Part shown: positions 63,431 to 64,000 of the stretch, piece after piece | How the letters are laid out: the number at the start of each line of letters is the position of its first letter | How positions within the stretch are numbered: the stretch's first letter is position 1 | Assembly (NCBI GenBank): GCA_965112155.1 | Contig: OZ218100.1 | Source of the DNA: Podarcis liolepis | Taxonomy: Eukaryota | Strand: one strand, 5' to 3' | Length of the DNA stretch: 64,000 bases | The notes under the pieces: generated by a model | Databases searched by the model: none | Seen by the model: only the letters and a program-made list of their open reading frames with translations | Told to the model about the DNA's origin: nothing | Program-made: the position numbers and the translations under genes

Positions 63431-63778
63431 GGTAAAGGGACCCCTGACCATTAGGTCCAGTTGTGACTGACTCTGGGGTTGCGGCGCTCATCTTGCTTTA
63501 TTGGCTGAGGGAGCCAGCGTACAGCTTCCGGGTCATGTGGCCAGCATGACTAAGCCGCTTCTGGCGAACCAGAGCAGTGCATGGAAACACCGTTTACCTT
63601 CCCACCAGAGCGGTACCTATTTATCTACTTGCACTTTGATGTGCTTTCGAACTGCTAGGTTGGCAGGAGCAGGGACTGAGCAATGGGAGCTCACCCCGTC
63701 GTGGGGATTCGAACCGCTGACCTTCTGATTGGCAAGTCCTAGGCTCTGTGGTTTAACCCACAGCGCCACCCGTGTCCC
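63431..63778 (-). mobile_element. Full-length Sauria SINE (lacertid type)
   Basis: Minus strand starts GGGACACGGGTGGCGCTGTGGGTTAAACC (A box), has B box GGTTCGAATCC and ends CCCTTTACC. Exact 14-bp TSD AATAGACCATCCTA at 63417-63430 and 63779-63792. Confidence 0.93.
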
Positions 63779-64000
63779 AATAGACCATCCTACATAGGGG
63801 ATATTCTAAAATTCAGCATTGAGTGTAATCTTAAATATACTAACCAAGGATTTATTCCTATTAAATTCACTGGGCTTTATTCCTAGTGCAGCTCTCCAGT
63901 CTTTTTCTGTAAATAGAAATGATACTTCTATTACTTCCAATAGATTCTGGGTGTGATGGGGGCATCATTCCAAATGCATCAGTGCAATTAAGTGATCAAA

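Overview
Vertebrate genomic DNA, most likely a lacertid lizard (judged from an intact Sauria-SINE and other squamate-type repeats). It holds the 5' end of EPHA7 on the minus strand: coding exons 1-3 (31621-31525, 25966-25902, 20813-20144) with canonical GT-AG junctions, encoding the signal peptide, the ephrin ligand-binding domain and the start of the Cys-rich region. A CpG island/promoter lies at about 29.1-32.5 kb. Positions 1-20143 are the start of the large intron 3, and about 32.5-64 kb is upstream intergenic DNA. The non-coding sequence carries nine copies of one Tc1/mariner (Tigger/pogo-like) MITE family, several other MITEs (Tc2-like, hAT-like), SINEs, L2/CR1 fragments, microsatellites and a 146-N gap. 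The most notable unexplained structure is a degenerate inverted repeat of about 1.2 kb directly upstream of the EPHA7 promoter. Also of interest are an overlapping uORF at the start codon and a possible 279-aa secreted isoform from exon-3 read-through. No other protein-coding gene is supported. All comparisons were made by eye or from memory, not by database search.
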